From positions 1-64,000 of the forward strand of contig JAXGJB010000003.1 in assembly GCA_040770465.1 (NCBI GenBank): a stretch of 64,000 bases of DNA, read 5' to 3'. The notes under the pieces are model-generated. The model was not told the DNA's origin, did no database searches, and saw only the letters and a list, made by a program, of their open reading frames with translations. Shown in pieces: positions 18,476-28,742 of this stretch (within the stretch, counting starts at the first letter, position 1; the number at the start of each line of letters is the position of its first letter). Both the position numbers and the translations under genes were made by a program. The stretch comes from Methanothrix sp. (GTDB lineage: Archaea; Halobacteriota; Methanosarcinia; Methanotrichales; Methanotrichaceae).

Positions 18476-20635
18476 ATGAACCTGTGCGAAAAATGCGGGG
18501 GCAAGGGCTATCGAACTGTGGGGGAGCGGGCCTGTCCCAACTGCAAGGGGACCGGCAAGATCGAGTCCGTCAGCCTGGGCGAAGCCTCTGCGACCGAGAT
18601 CGACGACCTGGTGACGAAAGGGGCGACGAATTGTCCCGTCTGCAAGGGAGAGGGGAAGATCCCCGTCACTGAGACCTGCAGCGATTGTGGGGGGCTCGGC
18701 CGGGAGTACCTCTGCGCCGTCTGCGGCACGAAGCTCAACGCCAAGAGCGAGCTGTGCACGAGCTGCTCCAAAAAGCCCGTAGTCCACGTCCTCGACGGAG
18801 CCTGCGACACCGGCGACCTGGTGATCGGCGACATATATCGAGGGAAGGTCTCGGGGATCGCCAACTTCGGGGCCTTCGTGGACCTGAACGATCACGTCCG
18901 GGGCCTGGCCCACAACAAGTTTTTGAAGAGAACGCCCGAGGTCGGTGAGGAGATCACCGTCCGGGTGAGAAACGTCGCCCCCAACGGAAACATCGAGCTT
19001 GAGCCCGCCGAGGTGGGCGAGCACCACACCCTCGAGGTGAGAAAGGAGCTGCCCGTCACCAGGGTGAGCGACCTTTCGCGCTTTGTCGGTAAGATGATCT
19101 GTGTCGAGGGTGAGGTGATCCAGGTCAAACAGACCGGCGGTCCCACCATCTTCACCGTCGCCGACGACAGCGGCCTCGTATTCTGCGCCGCCTTCGAGCG
19201 GGCGGGGGTCAGGGCCTACCCCGAGATCGACACCGAGATGATCGTGAGGGCCATCGGCGACGTCTCGGTCAGAAACGGCCAGATCCAGATCGAGATCAGG
19301 TCGATGAAGCAGCTGTGGGGCGGCGAGGCATCCGTCGTCAAGGACAGGATCGAGCGGGCCATCGACGAGAGGGCCGAGCCCTCCGATCCTCCCCTCCTGG
19401 TGGAGAGCGAGATCATAACAAAGCTCAAGCCGAAGATGAGGGAGGTGGCAAAGGAGATCCGACGGGCGATATTGAAGTCTAAGCCGATCGTGGTGAGACA
19501 CCACGCCGACGCCGACGGTATGAGTGCGGCGGTGGCCATCGAGACCGCCGTAATCCCCCTCATCAGAGAGGTGGGGGGCTCCGACGCCGAATACTACAAC
19601 TATCGGCGGGCGCCGTCCAAGGCTCCCTTCTACGAGCTGGAGGACGTCACAAAAGATCTCACCTACGCCCTGGAGGACCAGTCCCGCCACGACCAGAAGA
19701 TGCCGCTCGTGGTCCTGATGGACAACGGCTCCACCGAGGAGGACGTCCCCGCCATGAAACAGGCCCAGATCTACGGCCTGGAGATGCTCGTCGTCGACCA
19801 CCACCACCCCGACGAGGCGGTGGACGAGTACCTCATAACCCACGTCAACCCCGCCCACCAGGGGGGCGACTTCGGGATCACCACGGGGATGATCGCAACC
19901 GAGATCGCGAGGATGATCAACCCCGAGGTCGAGGAGAAGATCAAACACTTTCCAGCGGTATCGGCCGTCGGCGATCGGAGCGAGGCCCCCGAGGCCGAAA
20001 GGTACATCCGCCTCGTCGAAGACCGGTTCGGGATCGACGAGCTGAAGAAGATCGCCCTCGCCCTCGACTACGAGGCGTTTTGGCTGCGGTTCAACGACGG
20101 TCGTGGGCTCGTCAACGACATCCTCTGCCTCGGAAGGCTCGATCGACACAGGAAGATCGTCCAGCTCCTCTGCGACCAGGCAAAGGAGGCGATCGACGAG
20201 CAGCTCCGGGCGTCCTTCGCCCACGTCAAGACCCAGACCCTCCCGAACGGCGCCGTCATGAACGTTCTGGACGTCGAGAACTACGCCCACAAGTTCACCT
20301 TCCCGCCACCGGGAAAGACCTCCGGCGAGGTCCACGATCTCCTCTGCAAAAAGTTTGACGGAAAGCCGGTGGTGACCATCGGCTACGGACCCGACTTCGC
20401 CGTCCTGAGGAGCCGGGGCGTCCGGATGAACATACCGAAGATGGTCAGGGAGCTGCGGGAGGAGATCAAGGCGGGGGGCGTCAACGGCGGCGGCCACCTC
20501 GTCGTCGGGTCGATCAAGTTCGTCGGCGGGATGAGAAAAGAGGTTCTCGCAAAGCTCGTCGAGAAGATAGCCGCATGTTCCGTAGACCCGGTTCCCTCTT
20601 CGGGCTCAAAGGCGGAACAAAAAGTCGAGGCCTGA
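18476..20635 (+). CDS. Archaeal RecJ-like DHH nuclease with DnaJ-type Zn finger, S1 and OB domains
   Basis: CxxCxGxG repeats, S1 'FGAFVDL', 'HHADADG', 'VDHH' and DHHA1 'GGGH'. GGAGG precedes the ATG. Confidence 0.9.
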   Translation: MNLCEKCGGKGYRTVGERACPNCKGTGKIESVSLGEASATEIDDLVTKGATNCPVCKGEGKIPVTETCSDCGGLGREYLCAVCGTKLNAKSELCTSCSKKPVVHVLDGACDTGDLVIGDIYRGKVSGIANFGAFVDLNDHVRGLAHNKFLKRTPEVGEEITVRVRNVAPNGNIELEPAEVGEHHTLEVRKELPVTRVSDLSRFVGKMICVEGEVIQVKQTGGPTIFTVADDSGLVFCAAFERAGVRAYPEIDTEMIVRAIGDVSVRNGQIQIEIRSMKQLWGGEASVVKDRIERAIDERAEPSDPPLLVESEIITKLKPKMREVAKEIRRAILKSKPIVVRHHADADGMSAAVAIETAVIPLIREVGGSDAEYYNYRRAPSKAPFYELEDVTKDLTYALEDQSRHDQKMPLVVLMDNGSTEEDVPAMKQAQIYGLEMLVVDHHHPDEAVDEYLITHVNPAHQGGDFGITTGMIATEIARMINPEVEEKIKHFPAVSAVGDRSEAPEAERYIRLVEDRFGIDELKKIALALDYEAFWLRFNDGRGLVNDILCLGRLDRHRKIVQLLCDQAKEAIDEQLRASFAHVKTQTLPNGAVMNVLDVENYAHKFTFPPPGKTSGEVHDLLCKKFDGKPVVTIGYGPDFAVLRSRGVRMNIPKMVRELREEIKAGGVNGGGHLVVGSIKFVGGMRKEVLAKLVEKIAACSVDPVPSSGSKAEQKVEA

Positions 20636-21249
20636 TGATGACAAACCTTGGATATACCGAGAAGGTCCTGGACCACTTCAAAAACCCGAGAAACCCGGGG
20701 AGGATCGAGGACGCTGACGTGACCGCGAAGGTGGGGAGCGCCGCCTGCGGCGACATGGTCCAGCTCTACCTGAAGGTCAACCCCGATACCGAGGTGATCG
20801 AGGACATAAAGTTCGAGAGCTTCGGGTGCGCGGCGAACATCGCCAGCACCAGCGTCACCACCGAATTGGCCAAAGGCAAGACCCTGGAGGAGGCGAAAGA
20901 CGTCCACTTCAAGGACGTCGTCGAGGAGCTGGGAGGGCTTCCCAAGCACAAGGTCCACTGCGCCCAGCTTGCGACCTCCGGCCTGAAGGCGGCGATCATG
21001 AAGTACGAGGCGAAAACGGGGAAGAGGGCTGTAGACGAGGATTTCGTCAAGAGAATGATGACCGGAGTCCTCGACCCGGCGAAGGGGCTGAACATCGTCG
21101 CGGCGAAGAGGGTCGAGAAGATCGAGGTCGATGGAAGAAGGATCAGAGTCGTCCTCTCAAAGGAGCTCGACCCCGAGACGAGGGCCACCATGGCCGAGGA
21201 CGTGACCGGCGCCCTCGCAGGACTGGATCTGGAGGTCTCGGTCGAGTAG
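20635..21249 (+). CDS. iscU: IscU/NifU Fe-S scaffold with C-terminal DUF59/MIP18-like extension
   Basis: 'YTEKVLDHFKNPRNPG', 'ACGD', 'FGC' and 'KVHC'. TGATG overlap with the upstream gene. Confidence 0.88.
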   Translation: MMTNLGYTEKVLDHFKNPRNPGRIEDADVTAKVGSAACGDMVQLYLKVNPDTEVIEDIKFESFGCAANIASTSVTTELAKGKTLEEAKDVHFKDVVEELGGLPKHKVHCAQLATSGLKAAIMKYEAKTGKRAVDEDFVKRMMTGVLDPAKGLNIVAAKRVEKIEVDGRRIRVVLSKELDPETRATMAEDVTGALAGLDLEVSVE

Positions 21250-21495
21250 ATTTGTTCGACAGATCGAGAATCGAGGTCGGCCACAGGTTCATCTCTCGTC
21301 GTCCTCCGACCTCAATCCCCCGATAGGCGTCGCGGCCTTGGGCCCTCCCTCCATTTTGGCCCGCAAAGGCCGCCCGCCCGGGATTGGCTATATGAAACGG
21401 TAAACGAGTCCGGCTCTGGCTGACCTGTCCAGGTTCCAGATCGGCCCCGCAATTTTTATCTCACCCCTCGATAGACAGTCGGCCGGTGAACCGCG

Positions 21496-21834
21496 TTGAG
21501 CGAGTCAAACGAGATTGTGATCAAAAAAGAAGATTACCGCGAGTACCTGAAGCAGAGGCTGAGGCTGACCGACCCATGCATGGCGGAGGAGGTGGAGCGG
21601 GTGGGCTTTCCCTTCCTCTTCGCCTCGGGAAGCGAGCTGCTCCGCTCTTACATCCTGAACGAGACGGAGTTTGCGTCAAGCCTGCCCGATAGGCTGAGGG
21701 TGCCGGACCGGGGTTACGGCTGGTACATGTTCTCCCAGTCGGTGAAGGAGATCCACGTCGACGAGGACAGAATTGTGGTCAAGTACGAGCTTCAGGACGA
21801 CTACAAGCTCCCCTTCAGGCGCTTCTACCTCTGA
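21496..21834 (+). CDS. Hypothetical protein
   Basis: TTG start, host-like codon usage and upstream TTTTTAT box. Confidence 0.65.
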   Translation: MSESNEIVIKKEDYREYLKQRLRLTDPCMAEEVERVGFPFLFASGSELLRSYILNETEFASSLPDRLRVPDRGYGWYMFSQSVKEIHVDEDRIVVKYELQDDYKLPFRRFYL

Positions 21835-22997
21835 ACGCCTGCGGCCCATTTTCCCGTCGCCTTCCCCTGGAGGGCGAGCTTTCCCATCTCTTTTGCTACA
21901 TCGTCACATAACGGCGCGGGCTTTGCGTCTTCGAGGGGGGTACCCGGCAGGGGGATGAAATGGTGGGCCCGGATCCGGCCGCCTCCCCCGACGACCTCCC
22001 GGGCCAGATCCAATGTCATCCTCTGGTCCTCTGGCGTCTCTTCCGGAAGGCCGACGATCAGGTCGAGGTTCGGAACGATCCCACGGTCGAGGCAGAGATC
22101 GCAGGCCCTCCTCACCGCCTCGGCGTCGTGGCCTCTCCCCACCGCCCTCAAAATCCGGTCGCTCCCCGACTGGCCTCCGATGCTGAGGTGGCGGTTCTTG
22201 CAGTACCGGACCACCAGGTCCAGCGCATCCTCGGTGACGAAGTCGGGCCTCACCTCTGAGGGGAAGGTCCCGAAGTAGATCGGTTTTCCGAGCTCCGATA
22301 AGGATTTCAGCAGATGCTCCACCTTCTCGATCCGCGGGTGGACGCCGTCGGAGCCGTAAGCGAGGGAGTTGGGGGAGGTGAACCTCAGGTCGGAGTAGCA
22401 CCGGGCGTATCTGAGGATCACCGGGATCGATCGGTGGCGCATCCTCCTCCCGAAGAGGCAGGGGGTCTGGCAGTACGCACAACCCCAGGGGCAGCCGCGG
22501 CTGATCTCCAGGGGAGAAAATATCGGCGGCTTGAACGGAGGGTAGAGATCGAGATCGACGTGCTCTCGTGCTGGCGTGATGTGAACAATGCCATCTCTTC
22601 TGTAGGCGATGCCCCGGACCGCCTCGGGGTCGCCACAGCCCTTGATGACGCCGAGAAGCTCCGGGAGGGTCTCCTCCCCCTCACCGATGACGACGTAGTC
22701 GAAATGCCGGAGCGCCTCCTCGGGCCTCGCCGAGGGGTGGGGTCCCCCGGCTACGAAGACTGCGTCGACATTGGCGGCTCCGACCTCCCGATAGACCTCC
22801 TCGGCCTGGGCGGTGGCGAAGCTGTAGAGCATGATCCCCTCCCTCGGCTGTTTGGCGAGGCCCGCGCCCTCGACAAGAGGGAGGAGGGCGGCGATGCTGT
22901 AGCTGTTCCTCTTGTTCCAGCGAAACCAGATCCCAGCGGGGCTGGTGTCCAGGGCTCTTTTTTTGGGGTTCATCCTCCTCGCCTTGATACCTTTCAC
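21825..22997 (-). CDS. B12-binding/radical SAM protein (TIGR04013-like)
   Basis: 'AGGPHPS', 'GEGEE', 'SRGCPWGCAYCQT' and 'GTFPSEVRPD'. Confidence 0.9.
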   Translation of the reverse strand: MKGIKARRMNPKKRALDTSPAGIWFRWNKRNSYSIAALLPLVEGAGLAKQPREGIMLYSFATAQAEEVYREVGAANVDAVFVAGGPHPSARPEEALRHFDYVVIGEGEETLPELLGVIKGCGDPEAVRGIAYRRDGIVHITPAREHVDLDLYPPFKPPIFSPLEISRGCPWGCAYCQTPCLFGRRMRHRSIPVILRYARCYSDLRFTSPNSLAYGSDGVHPRIEKVEHLLKSLSELGKPIYFGTFPSEVRPDFVTEDALDLVVRYCKNRHLSIGGQSGSDRILRAVGRGHDAEAVRRACDLCLDRGIVPNLDLIVGLPEETPEDQRMTLDLAREVVGGGGRIRAHHFIPLPGTPLEDAKPAPLCDDVAKEMGKLALQGKATGKWAAGVQR

Positions 22998-24760
22998 ATT
23001 CCCTCAGAAAGCGGGGCCTCATCCTCTCCGCCCCCCCGGACGAAGAGGGGGACGAAGTCGAACCGGTTCACGTCCACAAGCCCTTTATCGGTCAGCTTCA
23101 GCTCCGGGATTACCGGAAGACAGAGGAACGAGAGGGTCATGAAGGGGTCGTCCAGGGCCGAGCCGAGTCGTTTCGCGGCATCCGTCACCTCCTCGATCTT
23201 CTCTGCGACCTCGTCCATCGGTCGGTCCGAGAGGAGGCCGGCTATGGGGAGGGGGAGGGACTCGGTGACGATTCCTTCGTCCACCACGACCAGGCCGCCA
23301 CCCATCTCTCCCACCGCCGAGACGGCAGCGAAGATCTCATCTGAGCTGACCCCCACGGCGGCGATGTTGTGAGAGTCGTGGGCGACGGAGGTGGCGATGG
23401 CGCCCCTTTTGAGGCCGAAGCCGTTGACGAGGCCCAGGCCGACGTTCCCCGTCCCTCTGTGCCTCTCGACGACGGCCATCACGAGGAGGTCCCGGTCCAG
23501 GTCGGCGACGACCTTGCCACCTTCGACCTTCGGCCGGGTGAGAAGCGATCTCGTTATGATCTGGTTTGGGATAACCCCTATCGCCCGCACCAGGTCGCCC
23601 TCGGCCTTTATATCGAAGGAGCCGGGATCGAGCGGGCCGATCTGCACGGACGCCGATCGGGGCATCGCCGCCTTCGGCAGGGGCGCGATCATGCGGCCGC
23701 CTTCGGCGACGACGGCCCCGTCCTTGAGGACCGTCTGGACAAAAAGGCCGTCGAGGTCGTCGAGGACGACGATGTCTGCCTTCCGGCCTGGGGCGATGGC
23801 GCCGAAGTTCGATAGACCGAAGTACTCGGCGGCGTTGAGGCTTGCGATCCGGATGGCAGTGACCGGGTCGAGCCCCGCCCGGACGGCCCTCCTGACCATC
23901 GAGTCGATGTGACCCTCCCGGAGGATATCGGAGGGGTGGCGGTCGTCGGAGACGAAGAGAAAACGGCTGGCGTTCGCCGGCGTCACCAGAGGCAGCAGGT
24001 CATCGAGGTTCTTTGCCGCCGTCCCCTCCCGGATCATGATCCTCATACCGAGCCGGAGCTTCTCACGGGCCTCCTCGATAGAGATGCACTCGTGGTCGGA
24101 TCCGATACCAGCGGCGACGTAGGCCGCAAGGTCTCTTCCCGATAGGAAGGGGGAGTGGCCGTCGATCCTCGGCCTGCAGCCGTCAGACCTCGTCCTTTCG
24201 GCGAGGCCGAGCTTCGCCATCACCGTGGGATCTCGGAAGATGACCCCGGGGTAGTTCATCACCTCTGCGATCCCCAAAACCCCCTCCTCGCCGATCAGCT
24301 CTGAGAGGGCTCCTGCGTCGAGGGTGGCTCCCGAGGTTTCCATATGAGTCGCCGGAACGCAGGAGGGGAGCATCACGAAGACCGTTAGCGGCGATAGCCG
24401 CGAGGATTCGAGGATGTAGCGTATCCCCTCCGCCCCCAGGACGTTGGCGATCTCGTGGGGGTCGGCGACCACCGCCGTGGTCCCCCTTGGGACGACGGCC
24501 CGAGCGTACTCGGGGACGGTCACCATGGAGGACTCGATGTGGACGTGGCCGTCAATGAACCCCGGCACCAGAACCTTTCCCGAGAGGTCGATGGTCTTTT
24601 TTGCGCTGGAGCAGTCAAACCCCACCACCGTCCCGCGGAAGATCGCTACATTCGACTGGTATACCTCGCCGGAGAGGGTGTTCACCATATCTCCTCCCTC
24701 CAAGAGGAGGTCGACCTCCACCTCACCGCGGGCCGCTGCGATCAGTTCTTCGAGCTTCAT
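22994..24760 (-). CDS. ade: Adenine deaminase
   Basis: 'PGFIDGHVHIESS', 'DPHEIANVLG', 'EVMNYPGV', 'SDHE' and 'AHDSHN'. Confidence 0.95.
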   Translation of the reverse strand: MKLEELIAAARGEVEVDLLLEGGDMVNTLSGEVYQSNVAIFRGTVVGFDCSSAKKTIDLSGKVLVPGFIDGHVHIESSMVTVPEYARAVVPRGTTAVVADPHEIANVLGAEGIRYILESSRLSPLTVFVMLPSCVPATHMETSGATLDAGALSELIGEEGVLGIAEVMNYPGVIFRDPTVMAKLGLAERTRSDGCRPRIDGHSPFLSGRDLAAYVAAGIGSDHECISIEEAREKLRLGMRIMIREGTAAKNLDDLLPLVTPANASRFLFVSDDRHPSDILREGHIDSMVRRAVRAGLDPVTAIRIASLNAAEYFGLSNFGAIAPGRKADIVVLDDLDGLFVQTVLKDGAVVAEGGRMIAPLPKAAMPRSASVQIGPLDPGSFDIKAEGDLVRAIGVIPNQIITRSLLTRPKVEGGKVVADLDRDLLVMAVVERHRGTGNVGLGLVNGFGLKRGAIATSVAHDSHNIAAVGVSSDEIFAAVSAVGEMGGGLVVVDEGIVTESLPLPIAGLLSDRPMDEVAEKIEEVTDAAKRLGSALDDPFMTLSFLCLPVIPELKLTDKGLVDVNRFDFVPLFVRGGGEDEAPLSEGM

Positions 24761-25048
24761 CCGAGTTCACCGGCCAATGGTCCGTTCTTCCCGAGTTCGA
24801 AGGACAAGACCGGTTTTATCCTTTTCCGCCGACGGCTTGAGAGGACCGACTCTCTTCGAGGCGCAGAGGACGAAAGGGTGGTAAAGCCGCAAGATCGACG
24901 GTCCCGATGAAGGGGCTGATGAAGTGGTTGATGAGGAGGTTGGAGATAAGCTGGAGATAAATTACTAAACTCGATAAGTCGATATGATCGAAAGAAACAT
25001 TCTGAACGGTACAATGTCCCACAACTCAGAATGTCTTTTTGGAGACTG

Positions 25049-26137
25049 ATGAAAATGACGAGAATATGCGCGTTCGGAATCACTTCTTCGATCCTCCTGG
25101 CCTGCCTTCTCTTCGCCAGCGGGATCGGCACAGGGACCGCCTCGGATCTCTCCCCGGCTGGGGAGAACCTGAGCATAAACATAAACTTCAGCACCTGGCA
25201 CCCCCACGACAGCATCGAGGTCCAGACCGTCTGGATCCCCATGCTCGACGCCCTGCGGGAGAGGAGCGGGGGCAGAATCACATACACACTATTCGACGGC
25301 GAAGCCCTCGGGTCGGGGCCCGAGCACTACGAGATCGTCGCCGACGGCCGGTCGGATATGGGGTACGCCACCCTCACCTGGACTCCGGGACGGTTTCCCC
25401 TATCCGACGTCCTCAGCCTCCCCGCAGCCATCCAGGACAAAAAGACCGCGACGGATATAGGAAACGCCGTCCGCGATCGGGCCCTCCGCGGCGAGTTTCC
25501 GGACGTCGTGGTCATCGAGCTGAACCCCTGCATCAACTCCCACCTCTGGACTGCCGAGCCTATCCAGTCCCTGGAGGACGTCCAAGACTTGCGGATCAGA
25601 AGCCCCGGCGGTCTCCAGACGAGGTGCATCGAGGCGATAGGGGCGGAACCGATATTCATGCCCCTCGACTCCGTCCGGGAGGCGATGGAGAACGGTTCGA
25701 TAGATGGAATCGTCACCTGTCCTCCGATGGTCTCATCCTTCGGCCTTTCCGACGTCGCCGATCACTGCACCCTCGTCACCTTCGGCTGCGTCGGCGAGGG
25801 GCTCTTCATGAACCGCGACGCCTGGGAGAGGACCCCGGAGGACCTCAGAGCGATAATCGAGGAGGTCTGCGAAAACCCCTACCGGACCACGGGCGGGATG
25901 ACGAAGGAGACCTACGACGAGATCGTGGCTGACCTGAACGAGAGCGGGGTCGTCTTCACCTCCCTGCCGCCCGAGGAGGAGGCGCGCTGGCACGCGGCCT
26001 TCTCGAACGTGACGAGGGAGTGGGTCGCAGAGCTGGAGGCTAGGGGCCTTCCGGCCAGGGAGACTGTGGAGATCTTCAACGAGGAATGTGAGAAGAACGG
26101 GGTCGTTTGCGTCGCCTTCCCGCCGGAGTGGATGTAG
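25049..26137 (+). CDS. dctP: TRAP transporter substrate-binding protein (DctP family)
   Basis: Signal peptide, 'ERSGGRI', 'PGRFPLSDVLSLP', 'DLRIRSPG' and 'FMNRDAWE'. Confidence 0.85.
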   Translation: MKMTRICAFGITSSILLACLLFASGIGTGTASDLSPAGENLSININFSTWHPHDSIEVQTVWIPMLDALRERSGGRITYTLFDGEALGSGPEHYEIVADGRSDMGYATLTWTPGRFPLSDVLSLPAAIQDKKTATDIGNAVRDRALRGEFPDVVVIELNPCINSHLWTAEPIQSLEDVQDLRIRSPGGLQTRCIEAIGAEPIFMPLDSVREAMENGSIDGIVTCPPMVSSFGLSDVADHCTLVTFGCVGEGLFMNRDAWERTPEDLRAIIEEVCENPYRTTGGMTKETYDEIVADLNESGVVFTSLPPEEEARWHAAFSNVTREWVAELEARGLPARETVEIFNEECEKNGVVCVAFPPEWM

Positions 26138-26183
26138 GGACGGATTTTAGTAAGAAGCTAGCTCCGATGCCATGATCTTCGGA

Positions 26184-27611
26184 TCAGTCCAGGACCCGCC
26201 CGTCGATCCCCGGCGGCAGATCGCGCCCCAAAAGGTGGAGGATGGTGGCAAAGACGTCGACGGTTCTGCACCATTCTCTGGTGAGGCGCGCGTTGGTGCA
26301 GATCGGAACCTCCATGTGAGATTTGATGAGAGAGCCGTGGGAGCTCCTGTGCTCCGGCCATTCGTACCTTTTTCTGAGGTCAAACCCTTTCTTCGCGAAG
26401 ACCACCAGATCTCCGGTCCGATCCGAACCGAAGAGCTGTCGGAGCTGGACTGGAGAGTCGGGATAATTCGTCTCCATGGAGAGCTCGGTCAGATCGTCCA
26501 TTTTCAGGTCCATCTCCATCTCGCCGCCGTCTGCACCAAACCCCAGGGGGTTTTCGACCTCGACAGTGACCTTCACAACGCCTCGTTCGGAGAAGCCGAG
26601 CCTGACCTCCCCGGAGGAGCCCTTGACCCCCAGGGTCGAATCGTCAATCCTGTAGGCGACAAAGTCGATCCCCCGGCATGAGAGGAGATGATCTAGGAAG
26701 GCCCTGTTCTTCTCGACGGCCGAAAATTCTCGGAAGAAGGAGGGCCTACGATCGACCGGATCTCTGAAATATACCGACGCCATGGCGTTTCCGCTCTCCA
26801 TGATCGCAGCATCCCACCTCCGGCAGAAGATCCTCGGATAAAATACCGGCCTGAGACCCGTCGACCTGGAGATGTCGACGAGGGGTATGTGGGTGTGAGT
26901 CTCAGATAGACCATGATCGCTGACGATGAAGACCAGCGTCTTCTCCATCTCCTCATCTGACGAGAAGCTGCCGCCGAGGATCTCGCCCACTAGGCCGTCG
27001 AGCTTCGCATACTGCTTCAGGACCCGCTCTGATCTTGGATCTTGGAGGTGGGTGATCTCGTCGACTGCCGGAAATACCGCGAATACGAAATCGCAACCCT
27101 GATTGAGGCATCTCTTGAGGGATGCGGAGACGAGGTCGTCGATCCGCTCCCAGCGATGAGTACAATGGGCGAATATGTAGGATCCGACCTTCATAATCCG
27201 ATTATTCCTGACCTTCGCCCCGTTCCCACAGTCAAGAGCGCTGAATATGCTCGCCGGCCTCTCAAAATAGTCGTATATCGGAGGGTATCCGCTTTTGATG
27301 TCGGACGGCATGAAGAAGCTGCCAGGCCCGACGTAAGATCGCAGGCCGAAACCATCCAACGCCCCCCTCTCTGCGGCCTTGTCAAACCACCTAATCCCCG
27401 GCACATTTGCGGTTCCTGGATAGATCCCGTACAGGAAAGGTATGTGAGCAGGGCCGGTGGTCGTCGAGAGTGACGAGTAGCCCTTCAGAAAAGACCCTCG
27501 GGAGATGACGTGCTCTTCGATATTGGGAAGACGGCCGGCATAAAGCATCTCCCTGAAGACGTCGTACCTGGCGCCGTCGAATAAGATAACCAGAGCTTTG
27601 CTGTACCCCAT
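26184..27611 (-). CDS. Alkaline phosphatase superfamily (nucleotide pyrophosphatase/phosphodiesterase)
   Basis: 'ILFDGAR', Thr nucleophile region 'STTTGPAH', 'DEITH', 'VSDHG' and 'SSHG'. Confidence 0.85.
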   Translation of the reverse strand: MGYSKALVILFDGARYDVFREMLYAGRLPNIEEHVISRGSFLKGYSSLSTTTGPAHIPFLYGIYPGTANVPGIRWFDKAAERGALDGFGLRSYVGPGSFFMPSDIKSGYPPIYDYFERPASIFSALDCGNGAKVRNNRIMKVGSYIFAHCTHRWERIDDLVSASLKRCLNQGCDFVFAVFPAVDEITHLQDPRSERVLKQYAKLDGLVGEILGGSFSSDEEMEKTLVFIVSDHGLSETHTHIPLVDISRSTGLRPVFYPRIFCRRWDAAIMESGNAMASVYFRDPVDRRPSFFREFSAVEKNRAFLDHLLSCRGIDFVAYRIDDSTLGVKGSSGEVRLGFSERGVVKVTVEVENPLGFGADGGEMEMDLKMDDLTELSMETNYPDSPVQLRQLFGSDRTGDLVVFAKKGFDLRKRYEWPEHRSSHGSLIKSHMEVPICTNARLTREWCRTVDVFATILHLLGRDLPPGIDGRVLD

Positions 27612-27740
27612 TTCCGGATCATCTCCAGAGCGATCCAAATTGATGCAGGCCAGATCCAAGTCAGATCCAGGCCAAGCATATCGGAACGGCGACCTGATCA
27701 GATTCCAGGGGCATCGGCCGCCACGATTCGGCTGCCAGGA

Positions 27741-28526
27741 TCAATCGAACCGAACCGAGACCTCCCCCAGATCGTCGAACCTCGCCTCGATCAGATCCCC
27801 TCTCACCACCGGCATCATTGGGGTCATCGACCCGGCGAGGATCACCTCCCCCGCTCGGAGGCCGCCGTCGTGCTCGGCGACCTTGTTGGCGAGCCACGCC
27901 ACCGATGCGGCGGGGTTTCCGAGGATAGCGGCACCCTTTGACCTTGCCACCTCCTCGCCGTTCTTCTCCATGACGACTTTGACCATCCTCAAATCGAGGT
28001 CCCCTGCAGCAAGCACCCTTTCTCCCAGGACGAACCGGGCGGCAACGCCGTTGTCGGCGACCACCTCGCGGGTCCCGATCATCCAGTCTCTCGTCCGGGC
28101 GTCGTTGATCTCGATGGCGGCCGTCACCGCCCCCGCCGCCTCCAGGGCGTCCTCGAAGGTCGCGCCGGGGCCGGAGAGGTCTTTATTGAGGGTGAAGGCG
28201 ATCTCGCATTCCACCTTCGGATGGATCAGCCGGGAGATGGATGCGACATCGCCGCTGGCGATCTGTTGGCTTTTGAAGATGGTGCCGTAGATCGGCTCGG
28301 AGATCATCATCGCCCTCTGTATCGCCTCGTTGGTGGCCCCCACCTTCTTTCCCGCGAGCTCCTCTCCGGCCTTTAGCTTCCTCGCCACAATCGCCATCTG
28401 AACCCGATAGGCCTCCTCCACCGTCAGATGAGGACAGATTACGGATATCGGCTCCAGAGCTGCCCTCTCCGCCTCCGCTGCGAGATACCTCCTCGCCAGA
28501 TCGTCGATGATCTCTTCTCCTGCCAT
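27741..28526 (-). CDS. 2-keto-4-pentenoate hydratase / fumarylacetoacetate-hydrolase family
   Basis: 'AYRVQ', 'GKKVGAT', 'PKVECEIAF', 'VADN', 'GNPAASVAWLAN' and 'ILAGS'. Confidence 0.88.
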   Translation of the reverse strand: MAGEEIIDDLARRYLAAEAERAALEPISVICPHLTVEEAYRVQMAIVARKLKAGEELAGKKVGATNEAIQRAMMISEPIYGTIFKSQQIASGDVASISRLIHPKVECEIAFTLNKDLSGPGATFEDALEAAGAVTAAIEINDARTRDWMIGTREVVADNGVAARFVLGERVLAAGDLDLRMVKVVMEKNGEEVARSKGAAILGNPAASVAWLANKVAEHDGGLRAGEVILAGSMTPMMPVVRGDLIEARFDDLGEVSVRFD

Positions 28527-28742
28527 TCCAACCGCTCCCTCCGCAACCGCCATGGCCGCCAAGAACCTCGATATCTGGCGACTTCTCTCATTAATGCTGG
28601 TATCGATAAGAAAAAAAACCTTCCCCTGAATTCCCATTCCGCCAACGACTTTTCGGCAGAAGTTCGCCATCCGGACCGGCCTTCCGCAGTCGGCCAGCCC
28701 CGCAAGAGAAAGCTTAATTCCAGACCCGGCAATCGTCAGATC

